From contig DCBP01000096.1 of NCBI GenBank assembly GCA_002314055.1, positions 19,511-83,510 of the forward strand: DNA of 64,000 bases, in the 5' to 3' direction. The notes under the pieces are model-generated. The model was not told the DNA's origin, did not search any database, and was given only the letters and a program-made list of their open reading frames with translations. Shown here one piece after another: positions 21,250 to 31,381 of this stretch. Both the position numbers and the translations under genes were made by a program. The stretch comes from Prevotella sp. UBA1104. Lineage in GTDB: Bacteria; Bacteroidota; Bacteroidia; Bacteroidales; Bacteroidaceae. The number at the start of each line of letters is the position of its first letter. Within the stretch, counting starts at the first letter, position 1.

Positions 21250-22887
21250 ATGAAAAAAATATTTTTATCCTTAATACTTTGTGCAGGCGTGCTACAGGCT
21301 ATTGCCTGCACAAATTTTATTGTCGGCAAAAAAGCAAGTGCCGATGGATCCGTAATTTGTTCTTATAATGCCGATGATTACGGCATGTTTATAAATCTTT
21401 GTCATTTCCCGGCAGGAAAACACCAAAAGGGAGAAATGAGGAAAATCTACGATTGGGATACTAACGTATACCACGGACAAATTCCAGAAGCTTCCGAAAC
21501 TTACAACGTCATCGGAAATATTAATGAATATCAGGTGACAATCGGAGAGACTACTTTTGGCGGACGAGAGGAAATGGTTGACTCTACTGGTATTATCGAC
21601 TACGGGTCGCTTATCTATATCGCTCTGCAACGCTCCAAAACGGCAAGACAGGCTATTTCTGTAATGACTACTCTTGCCGAGACTTACGGATATAACTCTG
21701 AGGGCGAGACTTTTACTATCTGTGACCCTAACGAGGCTTGGATAATGGAAATGATGGGGAAAGGACCGGGCAGCAAAGGCGTTGTATGGGTTGCTGTGAG
21801 AATTCCTGACGATGCTATCTGTGCACATGCTAACCAAAGTCGCATACGGACTTTTGACCAAAAGGACAAGAAAAACGTCCTGTTTTCAAAAGATTGCATA
21901 AAATACGCCAGACGAATGGGGTGGTTTAGCGGCAAGGACAAAGATTTTAGTTTCTGTGATACTTATGCTGCACCGGATTTTGGCGGACGACGTTTCTGTG
22001 AGGCACGCGTATGGAGCTTCTTTAATCATTTTCAGGATATGAGTCGTTATCTTCCGTATGCTGAGGGAAAAGTGAAGGGAGCAGAACCTATGCCTCTATG
22101 GATAAAGCCTAACCGTAAGGTTAGTGTGCAGGACGTTCAGGCTTGCATGCGCGACCATTATGAGGGGACTCCGTTTGCTCTCGACAACGATATGGGGCAG
22201 GGCGTTTGGGAAATGCCTTACCGTCCGACACCACTTTCGTTTAAAGTTGACGGAAAGCAATATTTCAACGAACGACCAACTTCTACGCAGCAGACTGCTT
22301 TCTCGTATGTTTCTCAGATGCGTTCCTGGTTGCCAAGACAGGTGGGCGGCGTTTTGTGGTTCGGAAACGACGATGGCAACATGATTGCATATACTCCTAT
22401 ATATTGTGGAAATACTAAGCAACCGGAATGTTACAACACTCCTGGAGCTGATGCTGTAACATTCAGCGACAAAAATGCTTATTGGGTTTGCAACTGGGTC
22501 AGCAATATGGTTTATCCGCGCTACTCCTTGATGTTCCCATCGCTTAAAGAAGTACGCGACTCGCTCGAAATGTCTTATTTTTATAAGCAGGGTGGGGTAG
22601 AGAAGAGGGCTGTTGAACTTTGTGGCTCTAACCCTGAGAAGGCTATAGAATACCTTACTGAATATAGTAATACTACAGCTCAGCAGATGCTTGCTCGTTG
22701 GAAGCAACTTGCCACATATCTTATTGTAAAATACAATGATATGGCGGTTAAACCAACAAAGAACGGCAAATTCCTACGTACGAAGACTGGTCTTGGGGCA
22801 AAGGTGGAACGTCCTGGGTTCCCTGAAAGGGTAGCACGTGAACTCATTAGACAGACTGGAGATAAGTATGCTGTTCCTGTTGAATAA
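21250..22887 (+). CDS. C69 family dipeptidase
   Basis: Signal peptide then nucleophile CTNFIVGKKASADGS; NEYQVTIGETTFGGR. Confidence 0.9.
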   Translation: MKKIFLSLILCAGVLQAIACTNFIVGKKASADGSVICSYNADDYGMFINLCHFPAGKHQKGEMRKIYDWDTNVYHGQIPEASETYNVIGNINEYQVTIGETTFGGREEMVDSTGIIDYGSLIYIALQRSKTARQAISVMTTLAETYGYNSEGETFTICDPNEAWIMEMMGKGPGSKGVVWVAVRIPDDAICAHANQSRIRTFDQKDKKNVLFSKDCIKYARRMGWFSGKDKDFSFCDTYAAPDFGGRRFCEARVWSFFNHFQDMSRYLPYAEGKVKGAEPMPLWIKPNRKVSVQDVQACMRDHYEGTPFALDNDMGQGVWEMPYRPTPLSFKVDGKQYFNERPTSTQQTAFSYVSQMRSWLPRQVGGVLWFGNDDGNMIAYTPIYCGNTKQPECYNTPGADAVTFSDKNAYWVCNWVSNMVYPRYSLMFPSLKEVRDSLEMSYFYKQGGVEKRAVELCGSNPEKAIEYLTEYSNTTAQQMLARWKQLATYLIVKYNDMAVKPTKNGKFLRTKTGLGAKVERPGFPERVARELIRQTGDKYAVPVE

Positions 22888-23061
22888 CTGTTTATGATAG
22901 TTATGTGTCGAGATATTATCTATGTTGAATAGATCTTATATATGTCGAATGACTTTCTGTCTTAAGGTATGCGTTTTTATTCTATATGTAAATAAAACAG
23001 TAAAAATGCTTTGTGACGCAATTTTTTTTAATATAAATTTTGCAGATAAAATAAAAACGTG

Positions 23062-23069
23062 TACCTTTG
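23062..23069 (+). promoter_or_regulatory. Bacteroidetes -7 promoter element for tRNA-Arg
   Basis: TACCTTTG matches TAnnTTTG about 20 nt upstream of the tRNA. Confidence 0.65.
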
Positions 23070-23088
23070 CACTCGCAATTACGGAAAT

Positions 23089-23162
23089 GGCTCCGTAGCT
23101 CAACTGAATAGAGCATCTGACTACGGATCAGAAGGTTCCGGGTTTGAATCCCAGCGGAGTCA
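23089..23162 (+). tRNA. tRNA-Arg (ACG)
   Basis: Acceptor GGCTCCG/CGGAGTC, anticodon arm TCTGA-CTACGGA-TCAGA, T-arm GGGTTTGAATCCC. Confidence 0.96.
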
Positions 23163-23216
23163 CAAGAAAAAGTTTTTAGAGTTGTTTAGAAAGAGCAACT
23201 TAAAGACGTGAGAGTT

Positions 23217-23250
23217 ATGAGGGTGTTAGATTCTAACATCCTCATTTTGT
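23217..23250 (+). terminator. Terminator downstream of tRNA
   Basis: ATGAGGGTGTTAG-att-CTAACATCCTCAT hairpin followed by T-run. Confidence 0.7.
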
Positions 23251-23388
23251 GTATTTTAGGTACTTTTTTCGCGGCTATAAGTTTTGCTAATCAGAGATTA
23301 TTTAGAGTTTGAGTTAATGTCAAACCAAGTGGCTGATTTGGGGCAAAAGGTAATTAACGATACAGAAAAGTACAGAAAGATACAGAAA

Positions 23389-23433
23389 TTTGTTACACTT
23401 TTTGTTACACACCCCCTTGGAAATTTGTTACAC
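23389..23433. repeat. Three TTTGTTACAC direct repeats, putative integrase arm-type sites
   Basis: Exact copies at 23389, 23401 and 23424 between tRNA and integrase. Confidence 0.65.
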
Positions 23434-23540
23434 TTTTGAAGTTTTAGCGAATTCCAGGGCAATAATACATTTTGCAACAGTTAAAAAACATTACAACGAT
23501 TGTCTGTGCTCCGATGATGTCACGCAAAACTTTTATTGAA

Positions 23541-24704
23541 ATGAAAAAGAATTTAGTGGATGTCGTTTATGACAGAAGGAATCTTGTTGCAAAGAAAGGT
23601 TATGGATTTCTAGAAGTGAGGGTTTATCTTGACCACACAGGCAGAAGGAAGTACTTGAAAATTGATAAGTGTACTCCAAGTGAGGCAAAGAAACTTGAAA
23701 AGTCCCATGAGACAAAGGAACTGATCGAGAAATGTGAGCAGATTCTGTCCGTGATGAAATTTCTTGGTGAAGACATGACACCGGAAAATTTTGATTTTCA
23801 TCTAACTGGAGAATCAAAGAAAACTGAAAAGTTAGAGGAGCCGGAACCCAAGGAAGAAGCTCCCAAGGACAACTCCAACAAGAGTTTCATCCGCTACATG
23901 GAATTTGCCCTCGCCGATGAGGAGCTTCGCCCTGGCACCCATAAGAATAAGGTGGTGGTGATAGATGCCGTAAAGCGTTTCGGCGGTCTGAACACCTACG
24001 GCGACTTGACTCCGGCAAAGATCCGTCAGTTTGACGACTGGCTTCATGACGGCACAAGGTCTGATGTAACTATTTCCGGCTACCACAAGAAGGTACACAA
24101 ATGGGTGCGGCAGTTGGTAGAGACGGACGAGATAGCCCATGACCCGTATTCACGTGTAACGATAAAGCGCGGCAAGAGCAAGGAGCGCCGTCCTTTGACG
24201 GAATCCGACTTGAAACGTATGCGCGAGTACCGTTTTACAGGCAAGCTTGAACGTGTGCGCGACCTGTTCATCTTCTCGGCATATACAGGTTTGTCTTATG
24301 CCGATACCCAAATCTTTGACTTCGAGAGCATGACGTTAAGCAACGGCGGTATGTACTATGTTGACGGCAGCCGAGTGAAGACCGGCACACGCTTCTTCAC
24401 TCCGATACTGTCCCCTGCAATGGAAGTGCTTAAGAAATACAACTTCAATTTGCCGAAGATAAGCAACCAGAAGGCAAACGACTACCTCCATCTGATAGAG
24501 GCACAACTCGGTTTCCGCAACAGCCTGACTTTCCACGTTGCACGGCACACCTTCGCTACTCTCGCCCTGTCTCATGACGTGCCAATCGAGAACGTGGCGA
24601 GAATGTTGGGACATGAGGACATCAAGACCACACAGATTTATGCCAAGGTGCTGCGCTCCACGATCGAGCGCCATGCCGAAGCACTGCAAGGCGCACTACT
24701 CTAA
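23541..24704 (+). CDS. Tyrosine recombinase/integrase (IntDOT-like)
   Basis: YTGLSYAD, RVKTG, FHVARHTFAT, MLGHEDIKTTQIY. Confidence 0.95.
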   Translation: MKKNLVDVVYDRRNLVAKKGYGFLEVRVYLDHTGRRKYLKIDKCTPSEAKKLEKSHETKELIEKCEQILSVMKFLGEDMTPENFDFHLTGESKKTEKLEEPEPKEEAPKDNSNKSFIRYMEFALADEELRPGTHKNKVVVIDAVKRFGGLNTYGDLTPAKIRQFDDWLHDGTRSDVTISGYHKKVHKWVRQLVETDEIAHDPYSRVTIKRGKSKERRPLTESDLKRMREYRFTGKLERVRDLFIFSAYTGLSYADTQIFDFESMTLSNGGMYYVDGSRVKTGTRFFTPILSPAMEVLKKYNFNLPKISNQKANDYLHLIEAQLGFRNSLTFHVARHTFATLALSHDVPIENVARMLGHEDIKTTQIYAKVLRSTIERHAEALQGALL

Positions 24705-26594
24705 AATCCGGTAGAAGGTGCCTTTAAGTAACCGTGACCTTCCCGATTCGTGGAACGTCGCGGTTATTTTTTCACACAGATACCTTCCTCCATTTATGAA
24801 GAACACCGCCCTCGGCGAGGGCACCGTGTCCGACAGGAAAGAGAAATGGTACTTCTTCTTTCCGTCGATGTTGTATTTAATTCCGCTGTCCTGTGTATTT
24901 CCATTGATGCGAAGAGAATACTCTTCTGCATATACGACAGAAAAATCGTCGCGTACCTCGATGAAGTCCACCACCGGGTGCGGCTGATACGGCAGATGAT
25001 AATACCTGCCGTCCCAAATCCCCATGTAGATGCACGAGAAATAATCCTCCGAACTGTCCTTTTCCCCCTTGGAAATGGCATAGCTCGCCGTGCCCTGTGC
25101 CAGGTCACCGGCATCATAGTCAATGCCGTCATGCCCCCTCGTGTTCTCCGTAACGCCCGACCATGTCGTACTGTCGCCGCCACTGACGGTGCCGTCCTCC
25201 GACATCACCCACCCCGTGTTGTCGCCCATATCACCGCAGTTGAGAAACAGCATGTTACCATACGTGTCGTCAGTGCCCTCAATCCATGCCGGCACAATCT
25301 TAATCTCAATGTCGTCCGAATCCTCACTTACGAACCTCTCCCCGAACTGGTTTACCGGAAGCAGTCTGTTATAATACTTGTACATCTTGCTTTCGCCGAT
25401 TTTCTTGTAAAACACCGACTTGTAACAGTACATCACGAAATACGTACTGTTCTCCTTGCAAAAGAAAAGCTTGTTTCCCTTGGATCCGCGCATATAACCG
25501 CGAGTGAAGCCCTCTCCGCTGTGTCCGGGTCCGGATATAGTCTGCACCCCCGAAATCTGAAGCCCCTTCGCTTCCGATAGAAGTTCCTCCATGGTATTGA
25601 AGACAACCGCCTTCTTTTTGTTCGCCCGTATGAACCAGTCGCACGACGAATACGCCCATAGAAGCGAGCCATTGTCGGCATACTTCAGATTAGAGCTGCC
25701 GAAATACTTTGAATCATCCTCCCTCGAAACCTCGGCAGTATAAGAATCCACCACCCTGTCAAGTTTTACGCTCTCCACCTTTTCAAGAGCCGTCCGGGTA
25801 AAGGAGAAAGAAACCGTCCTGTTCTTGTGGTTGATGTCGAACTCCCCCGAAAGGAAATATTCCAACTGCTCGAAAAACTCCGTCAGCGACCAGTGCGGAA
25901 GAGCGATGGCAAAGTTCCACGCCTCCCATGACGGCGGCAGAGTGTTGCAGATGACAAGATCCTTCATCCTCGACACGGTAAGTTGCGAGAAATCCCCCGT
26001 GTACCCCGTGACCTCACAAATCTTGTCAAGGATATAAAGAAGATACGGCTGGAACGTCAGCGAACTCCTTCCCTGCGTAAACTCCTTGTACTTGCCGCTT
26101 TCCGCATCCACGGAAACCACATTGTGCAACTCTCCGTAAGAATTGTTAGCCCACGGCAGCGGCACCCAGTTGTTGTAAGGATACGGACGAAATGCATCCT
26201 CCGGGTCATAATGACTTGGCGACCTGTCCTCCGGATATCCGAGAAAAAGCTCGTTAAGATAGATGTCGTCAAAGGTAGAATCAAAGTTCTGTGCGCTCTT
26301 GCCCTCAAGAAACTGCGTCTTCACCTCCGTGTCGGAAATCTCCGTAATCGTGATGCATCCCGACTTGTAGAAGTCCCCGTCCCGTATGTCGCAGTCAAAG
26401 ACGACATTTGACTTCTCCACGTCAGCGCGGTGGATGTGCCCGAAAATCTCGATGTTTTTGGCGCATCCCTTCAATGGAAACGTAATGGTCAGCGTATAAG
26501 AATCGCTGCCCGTAAACAGACGATTTTCAAATATAAAGTCAAACGACGTGTTCTTCTTCAAAAAAGCTTGCTTGCCGTTGATGATAATCTGCAT
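24696..26594 (-). CDS. Phage tail-associated protein (putative)
   Basis: Directly downstream of tape measure; N-terminal ENRLF/SYTLTITFP pattern resembles Bacteroidales phage tail proteins. Confidence 0.6.
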   Translation of the reverse strand: MQIIINGKQAFLKKNTSFDFIFENRLFTGSDSYTLTITFPLKGCAKNIEIFGHIHRADVEKSNVVFDCDIRDGDFYKSGCITITEISDTEVKTQFLEGKSAQNFDSTFDDIYLNELFLGYPEDRSPSHYDPEDAFRPYPYNNWVPLPWANNSYGELHNVVSVDAESGKYKEFTQGRSSLTFQPYLLYILDKICEVTGYTGDFSQLTVSRMKDLVICNTLPPSWEAWNFAIALPHWSLTEFFEQLEYFLSGEFDINHKNRTVSFSFTRTALEKVESVKLDRVVDSYTAEVSREDDSKYFGSSNLKYADNGSLLWAYSSCDWFIRANKKKAVVFNTMEELLSEAKGLQISGVQTISGPGHSGEGFTRGYMRGSKGNKLFFCKENSTYFVMYCYKSVFYKKIGESKMYKYYNRLLPVNQFGERFVSEDSDDIEIKIVPAWIEGTDDTYGNMLFLNCGDMGDNTGWVMSEDGTVSGGDSTTWSGVTENTRGHDGIDYDAGDLAQGTASYAISKGEKDSSEDYFSCIYMGIWDGRYYHLPYQPHPVVDFIEVRDDFSVVYAEEYSLRINGNTQDSGIKYNIDGKKKYHFSFLSDTVPSPRAVFFINGGRYLCEKITATFHESGRSRLLKGTFYRILE

Positions 26595-26597
26595 GAT

Positions 26598-29500
26598 TTA
26601 TTTCCTCCTTGATTTAGGTGTTTTGTTTCTGATAAGCGTGTTGTATTCATCCTGTGCCTGTTTGATGCCCGTGTCTCCGGTGACCGTGTTTACCGTGACA
26701 AACGGCTCATTGAGCCTGTCCTTTAATGCGGACATGGTTTCAGTGTATTCACTCATTATTTTCGTGCTTTGTACAATAGCCGCCGTAGCCAGTCCGTCCG
26801 ACTGCTGCTGCACGATGACCGGCTGACTTTGTGCTTTATTCTGATTATATACATTAGGCGCAATAGACCGGCTGACATCATCGGCTCGTAAGGATCCGAT
26901 GGTGTTGGTCCGCTGCGCATAGTCCAGAGCGTTGATGATAGGTCGAGCCACAGGAGAAGCAAGCATCTCCTGCGAAGCCACCCATTCTCCGGCATGAACG
27001 ATGCCGACTTCTTCATCAACCCTACCCGAAGGAGTAAAACCACCGCGCATATACCCCTGGCTTTCCGAAGCCTGTTGTTGCTTCTTTATAGCCGCAATCT
27101 GGATGGCACCTGCAGCGATAGCCATCGCCGCGGCAATAGGAGCAAGAATATAACCCACCATAGGGATGGCGGCAGCGGATCCGTAAGCCGACAGTGCATT
27201 CTGTGCCGTCTGCGCCACGGCTTGCAATACCTGCATCGTGAACATCTTCTTGTTCGCCTCGTTCTTTTTCTTGGCGAGTTCCTTCTGCTTCTGCTCCTCC
27301 AGCTTCTTCACCTTGTAGTTGTTGCCCTCCGCCTGACTAATCTCCTTGTCATACCGCTTCTCGATGGCGGCAGTCTGAATCTCCAGTTCCGCCTGAATGA
27401 GCGACGTCATGCCGGAGAAAATCGACGACATCCCCGAAGTCAGCGTATCGAAAGACCCCGTTACCGCCTGTCCCCAGTCAGACTTCAGCCATTCCGTAAC
27501 ATCCTCCGCCATACCCTGTAGAACATTCCTGTTTTCATCCTTGTACTCCTGTCCGTACTTCTTTGCGAGAGCCACCTTTGCTTTTTGGTAAGCCTTCTCG
27601 ATGCGCAGCTTTTCCTCCGCATCATCGCCTGCAGCCTTTATTTCGTTGCGGTAGACCTCGTCAAGCGCATTACTCTCCTTAGTGTACTTCTCCTTTTTCT
27701 CCCCCTTGTTGTCGCCGAAAAAATCCTCCTTGATTTTTGCGAGTTCCTTCTGGTGCTTCTTCTCGTTTTCCTCCGTCTCCTTTATGCGCTTCTTCTGGTT
27801 CTCGACAAGCTTGTCCTGATAAGTCTTGTCCGCGGCGAGCTGCTCTTTAGACCCTTTCGTGTAGACCTTGGTCAAACGTCGTAGATGCTCCAGCTCCATG
27901 AGTTCGAGCGCATCGTCATACGTTTTCTGGTCCACCTTGCCGTCGATGAACCTCTGCTTCTCGGTTGCAACAAGTTCATTGTAATAGTCATTCTCCTCTT
28001 TAGCCGACTGTGTATTTTTGTCGTCCACCAACTTTTTCTTGGCTTCATAGAAAGCCGCCTCCGCTTCCATTTTCTGCTCCGTCGTAGCCTTGCCGTTCGC
28101 CATGACCTTCTCGTTATACTCAATGTCGATTTCAGTCATGCGGTTCGTGTACTCCTCATAGTCCTTCTCCCCCTTGGCATAGGCAATGCGGTTAAGAGCC
28201 TGTTCCCGTGTCCGCCAGTCCTTTTCAGACTTTAAGGCGTCATTGTTTCCTTTGTCGGTTTTTGTAGGTGATGTAGGTGTAGTAGGTTGGGTAGGTTTTT
28301 CTTCTTCCTCGCTTGTCTTTTTCGTTTCCTCCGCCGCATCCTTGGCGATGTCCTTGCCGTATATACCTGTAATGACCGCCTCGCGCTTGTCAAGCTCCTC
28401 AATCTTTTTGTCAATGTCCTTCGTGCCGTTCCTTATACGAGTGTTCAGCGCCGTATTCTGAGCCGAAGCCGCCATGCCGCCGAGCCTGTCGCCCGTCACG
28501 ACCCTGTGCTTGTCCTCGTATTCAAGTTTGTTCTTCCTCTCCTGCTTCTCGATGACGAGGTCCGCACGCTGCTTGCCGATTTCCTTCAGTTTGTCCTTGG
28601 CGCCCTCAATTTCATACTTCCGGGTCAAAGACTTTAGATAATCGTCAAGAGCCTTCTTGTTCTCCTTGTACTTGCCTGTCGTGTCGTCAAGCTGCGCATT
28701 GTAATTGGGAATAATCCTGTTCAGCGCATCAATCGCCGTGTGGCGATCCTTTAATGACTGAGTTTCATCACGCGCCACGGCAAGAAGAGCATTTATCTTG
28801 TTCTTCTCCTCGACAATTCCCTCTTGCCCACGCTTGCGTATTTTCTGCAAGTCCTTTTCAGACTGCGACACCTCCGTCATGCGCTTGTACAACTTGTACA
28901 ATCCCGTACCCAATAGAATCACCGCCGCAAGAATGGCGCCGTACCCCGAAGCCAGCTGCGCCCCCTGTTTTTTGAGGTCCGACATCAGCCAGGACTGCCG
29001 CACCCAGTTGCCCTGGAGCTTGGCAAGTCCCATTTGAAGAAGAAGATGAGCCGCATGCAGCGTCCCGACCACAGTCTTGTAAGCCATTGTTGCCGTTTTG
29101 CAGATAACGAGCCACGCATAATGCGCCTTGAACGCTATATTGCTTGCATTCACCGCAATTTTGTACGCAACAAAAGCCGCAGTAAGGGAAGCAAGGGTAA
29201 AGGCATTCTCCTTGATGAACGTTATAGACGTGCTCATAAATTTGAGTAATAAAGTAGTCGAAGAAATGACATGCGCCATGACAGGCTGCAGCTGCTGCCC
29301 GAGCGCCACCGCCATTTCAGTAACACCTTTTCTTGCCTTGTCAAGTCCGGCTTGCACCGTCGTGTTCTGAACATTGAACTCGTTGGTAACGGAAGTACCT
29401 TCAGCAAAAGCTTTGTTCGCCTCCTCCTGTTCCCACCGCACCATGTCAAGGTTTCCGGCAAGCGCGGAAATCACCTGTGCCGCACGTGCCCCGTTTTCCC

Positions 29501-30692
29501 CCATATCCTTGAATACAGGCGCCAACACGTCAATGTTGCCCAGTTCATGGAGCCTGTCGAGCAACATAAGAAGACCCTCGTTAGTACTTTTCTTTAGAGT
29601 CTCGTTAAACTCCTTCGCATTAAGTCCTGTAGCCTTGATAATTTTGTCATTCTCCTTGAACATGTCCATAATGACCTTTGAAACGGCAGTCGCCGACATC
29701 TCCACCGCCTGACCCTGGCTATCCAACACGGCTGCAAAACCCATGATTTCGGGAATCGTCATTTTCGCCTGTGCCCCCACGCCAGCCATACGCTGCGCAA
29801 AGTTTGCAAGATACGGAGCCGATGCCGTGCAGTTCTGCGACAACTCATTAATTACCGAACCCACGGCAAGAAGAGCCTTTTCCGTTCCCATGCGCTCCTC
29901 GTCACCGAAGATGCTTGTCAGTTTGGAAAGAGTAAGCGTCGCCCCTTCACCCAAATCGTCGAGAGCAACATTGATTTGGTCAGCAGCACGTACAAAACCG
30001 AGCACATCCTCCTGTGAAGTTTTGCCGAGTCTTCCGGCTTCCTGTGCAAGTTTGTTCAAATCCTCCCGAGCCGTTCGTGTATCAATCTTCTTGAACTCCT
30101 CGTTCAGTTCCGCAACCCCCGAAGCCGAAAGTCCCGTAAACTTGCGTACATTCGCCATCTCCTGGTCCATATCCGCAAAAGCGTTCACCGCCGAGCGCCC
30201 CGCCATGACAAGACCTGTAACGGCAGCCGCCATTCCGGCGATAGCCGTCTGCCAATCGTTCAGCTTGCGGTTCATGCGTTCCCACAGACTTTCATTCTCC
30301 CGAAGTTCCGAGTTAACTTTTGCTATCTCCGCCTTTACACGCTTGATAGCCTCACATTGGCGGTTCCACTCCTCGCTACCACGCTCCAATCCGTTAAGAC
30401 TGCGCTTTAACTGGGATAGAGTGCGGTTTAACTCCTTGGGAGAAGCTTGGTCCAACCTCGCCAAAACATTTTCCACTCCTTTACTTGCACTCTCAATTTG
30501 AGAAATCTGCCTGTTCGTTTCCTTCAACTCCTTCTTCAAGCGAGTCAGTTGCGACTTGTTTCCTGCCGCAGCCGCCTTCTCGATAGCCTTTTCAAGATTG
30601 GAAGCTTGCGATTTGAGCTTGGCAAGCATATCCTCCGCCTGTTTACCGTTTACAGTAAGGGTAACCGTTGCGTTAGCATTAATAGATGACAT
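26598..30692 (-). CDS. Phage tail tape measure protein
   Basis: About 1360 aa, Ala-rich helical, TP901-like core (FADMDQEMANVRKFTG), C-terminal GGFT...GIVHAGEWV motif. Confidence 0.92.
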   Translation of the reverse strand: MSSINANATVTLTVNGKQAEDMLAKLKSQASNLEKAIEKAAAAGNKSQLTRLKKELKETNRQISQIESASKGVENVLARLDQASPKELNRTLSQLKRSLNGLERGSEEWNRQCEAIKRVKAEIAKVNSELRENESLWERMNRKLNDWQTAIAGMAAAVTGLVMAGRSAVNAFADMDQEMANVRKFTGLSASGVAELNEEFKKIDTRTAREDLNKLAQEAGRLGKTSQEDVLGFVRAADQINVALDDLGEGATLTLSKLTSIFGDEERMGTEKALLAVGSVINELSQNCTASAPYLANFAQRMAGVGAQAKMTIPEIMGFAAVLDSQGQAVEMSATAVSKVIMDMFKENDKIIKATGLNAKEFNETLKKSTNEGLLMLLDRLHELGNIDVLAPVFKDMGENGARAAQVISALAGNLDMVRWEQEEANKAFAEGTSVTNEFNVQNTTVQAGLDKARKGVTEMAVALGQQLQPVMAHVISSTTLLLKFMSTSITFIKENAFTLASLTAAFVAYKIAVNASNIAFKAHYAWLVICKTATMAYKTVVGTLHAAHLLLQMGLAKLQGNWVRQSWLMSDLKKQGAQLASGYGAILAAVILLGTGLYKLYKRMTEVSQSEKDLQKIRKRGQEGIVEEKNKINALLAVARDETQSLKDRHTAIDALNRIIPNYNAQLDDTTGKYKENKKALDDYLKSLTRKYEIEGAKDKLKEIGKQRADLVIEKQERKNKLEYEDKHRVVTGDRLGGMAASAQNTALNTRIRNGTKDIDKKIEELDKREAVITGIYGKDIAKDAAEETKKTSEEEEKPTQPTTPTSPTKTDKGNNDALKSEKDWRTREQALNRIAYAKGEKDYEEYTNRMTEIDIEYNEKVMANGKATTEQKMEAEAAFYEAKKKLVDDKNTQSAKEENDYYNELVATEKQRFIDGKVDQKTYDDALELMELEHLRRLTKVYTKGSKEQLAADKTYQDKLVENQKKRIKETEENEKKHQKELAKIKEDFFGDNKGEKKEKYTKESNALDEVYRNEIKAAGDDAEEKLRIEKAYQKAKVALAKKYGQEYKDENRNVLQGMAEDVTEWLKSDWGQAVTGSFDTLTSGMSSIFSGMTSLIQAELEIQTAAIEKRYDKEISQAEGNNYKVKKLEEQKQKELAKKKNEANKKMFTMQVLQAVAQTAQNALSAYGSAAAIPMVGYILAPIAAAMAIAAGAIQIAAIKKQQQASESQGYMRGGFTPSGRVDEEVGIVHAGEWVASQEMLASPVARPIINALDYAQRTNTIGSLRADDVSRSIAPNVYNQNKAQSQPVIVQQQSDGLATAAIVQSTKIMSEYTETMSALKDRLNEPFVTVNTVTGDTGIKQAQDEYNTLIRNKTPKSRRK

Positions 30693-30723
30693 AGTCCTTT
30701 CGAATTTGAATGTTATACGACAG

Positions 30724-30758
30724 CAAAAATAGCGACACGGGAACATTCATAAAAAGAC
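30724..30758 (-). promoter_or_regulatory. Element-specific promoter GTCTTTT-N20-TAnnTTTG (tape measure)
   Basis: One of seven copies with an exact 20-nt spacer. Confidence 0.7.
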
Positions 30759-31381
30759 GCAAAATCAAGACGTTAAGCTCCAAAAAGGGCACGAGGATTT
30801 AAGAAAATCCGCCATTTTTTAAGACATAAAAAATATAACGTCTTGATTACCAACGAGAAAAGGGATTGTTAAGGGAATTTCCCTTAACCCGTCTTGATAA
30901 AGACCCCCCGACCGCCCTGTACTGCCGAACCGCTCCGAGGCTTTCAAGGAAGCGGAATATGTGAACAAGTGTTAATTTTAAGTTTCTCAATTACGACAAA
31001 ATGCCGAAGTTGCGCTAAAAGGCGAAAATTCCGAATAAGGCGAAAAGGAAGAAAAGGCGGATTAGGTTGCGAGGGATGCGAGAGCGACCGCAAAGTTTCG
31101 CAAAGGCATAAGGATGCTCCGAGTTTCGGAATGATGAAAGGGACACTCCGAGTTTCGGGAAGATATATGTTTTCGGATTGGGAGAAATGGGAGGACTAAG
31201 AGAAATGGGCAAAGGTTTCGGAAAAGTAGGGAGTTTTCGGGATGACAAAGGGTATCGGAATGACATATAGGACTGATATGACCAATAGGACGAATACGAG
31301 AGGGGAAAAGTGAGGGTTTCGTGATGATGCCAAGGACAACAAAGCGACCCACGAGCCGACGGAGGCATCGGGCGGTAATGC

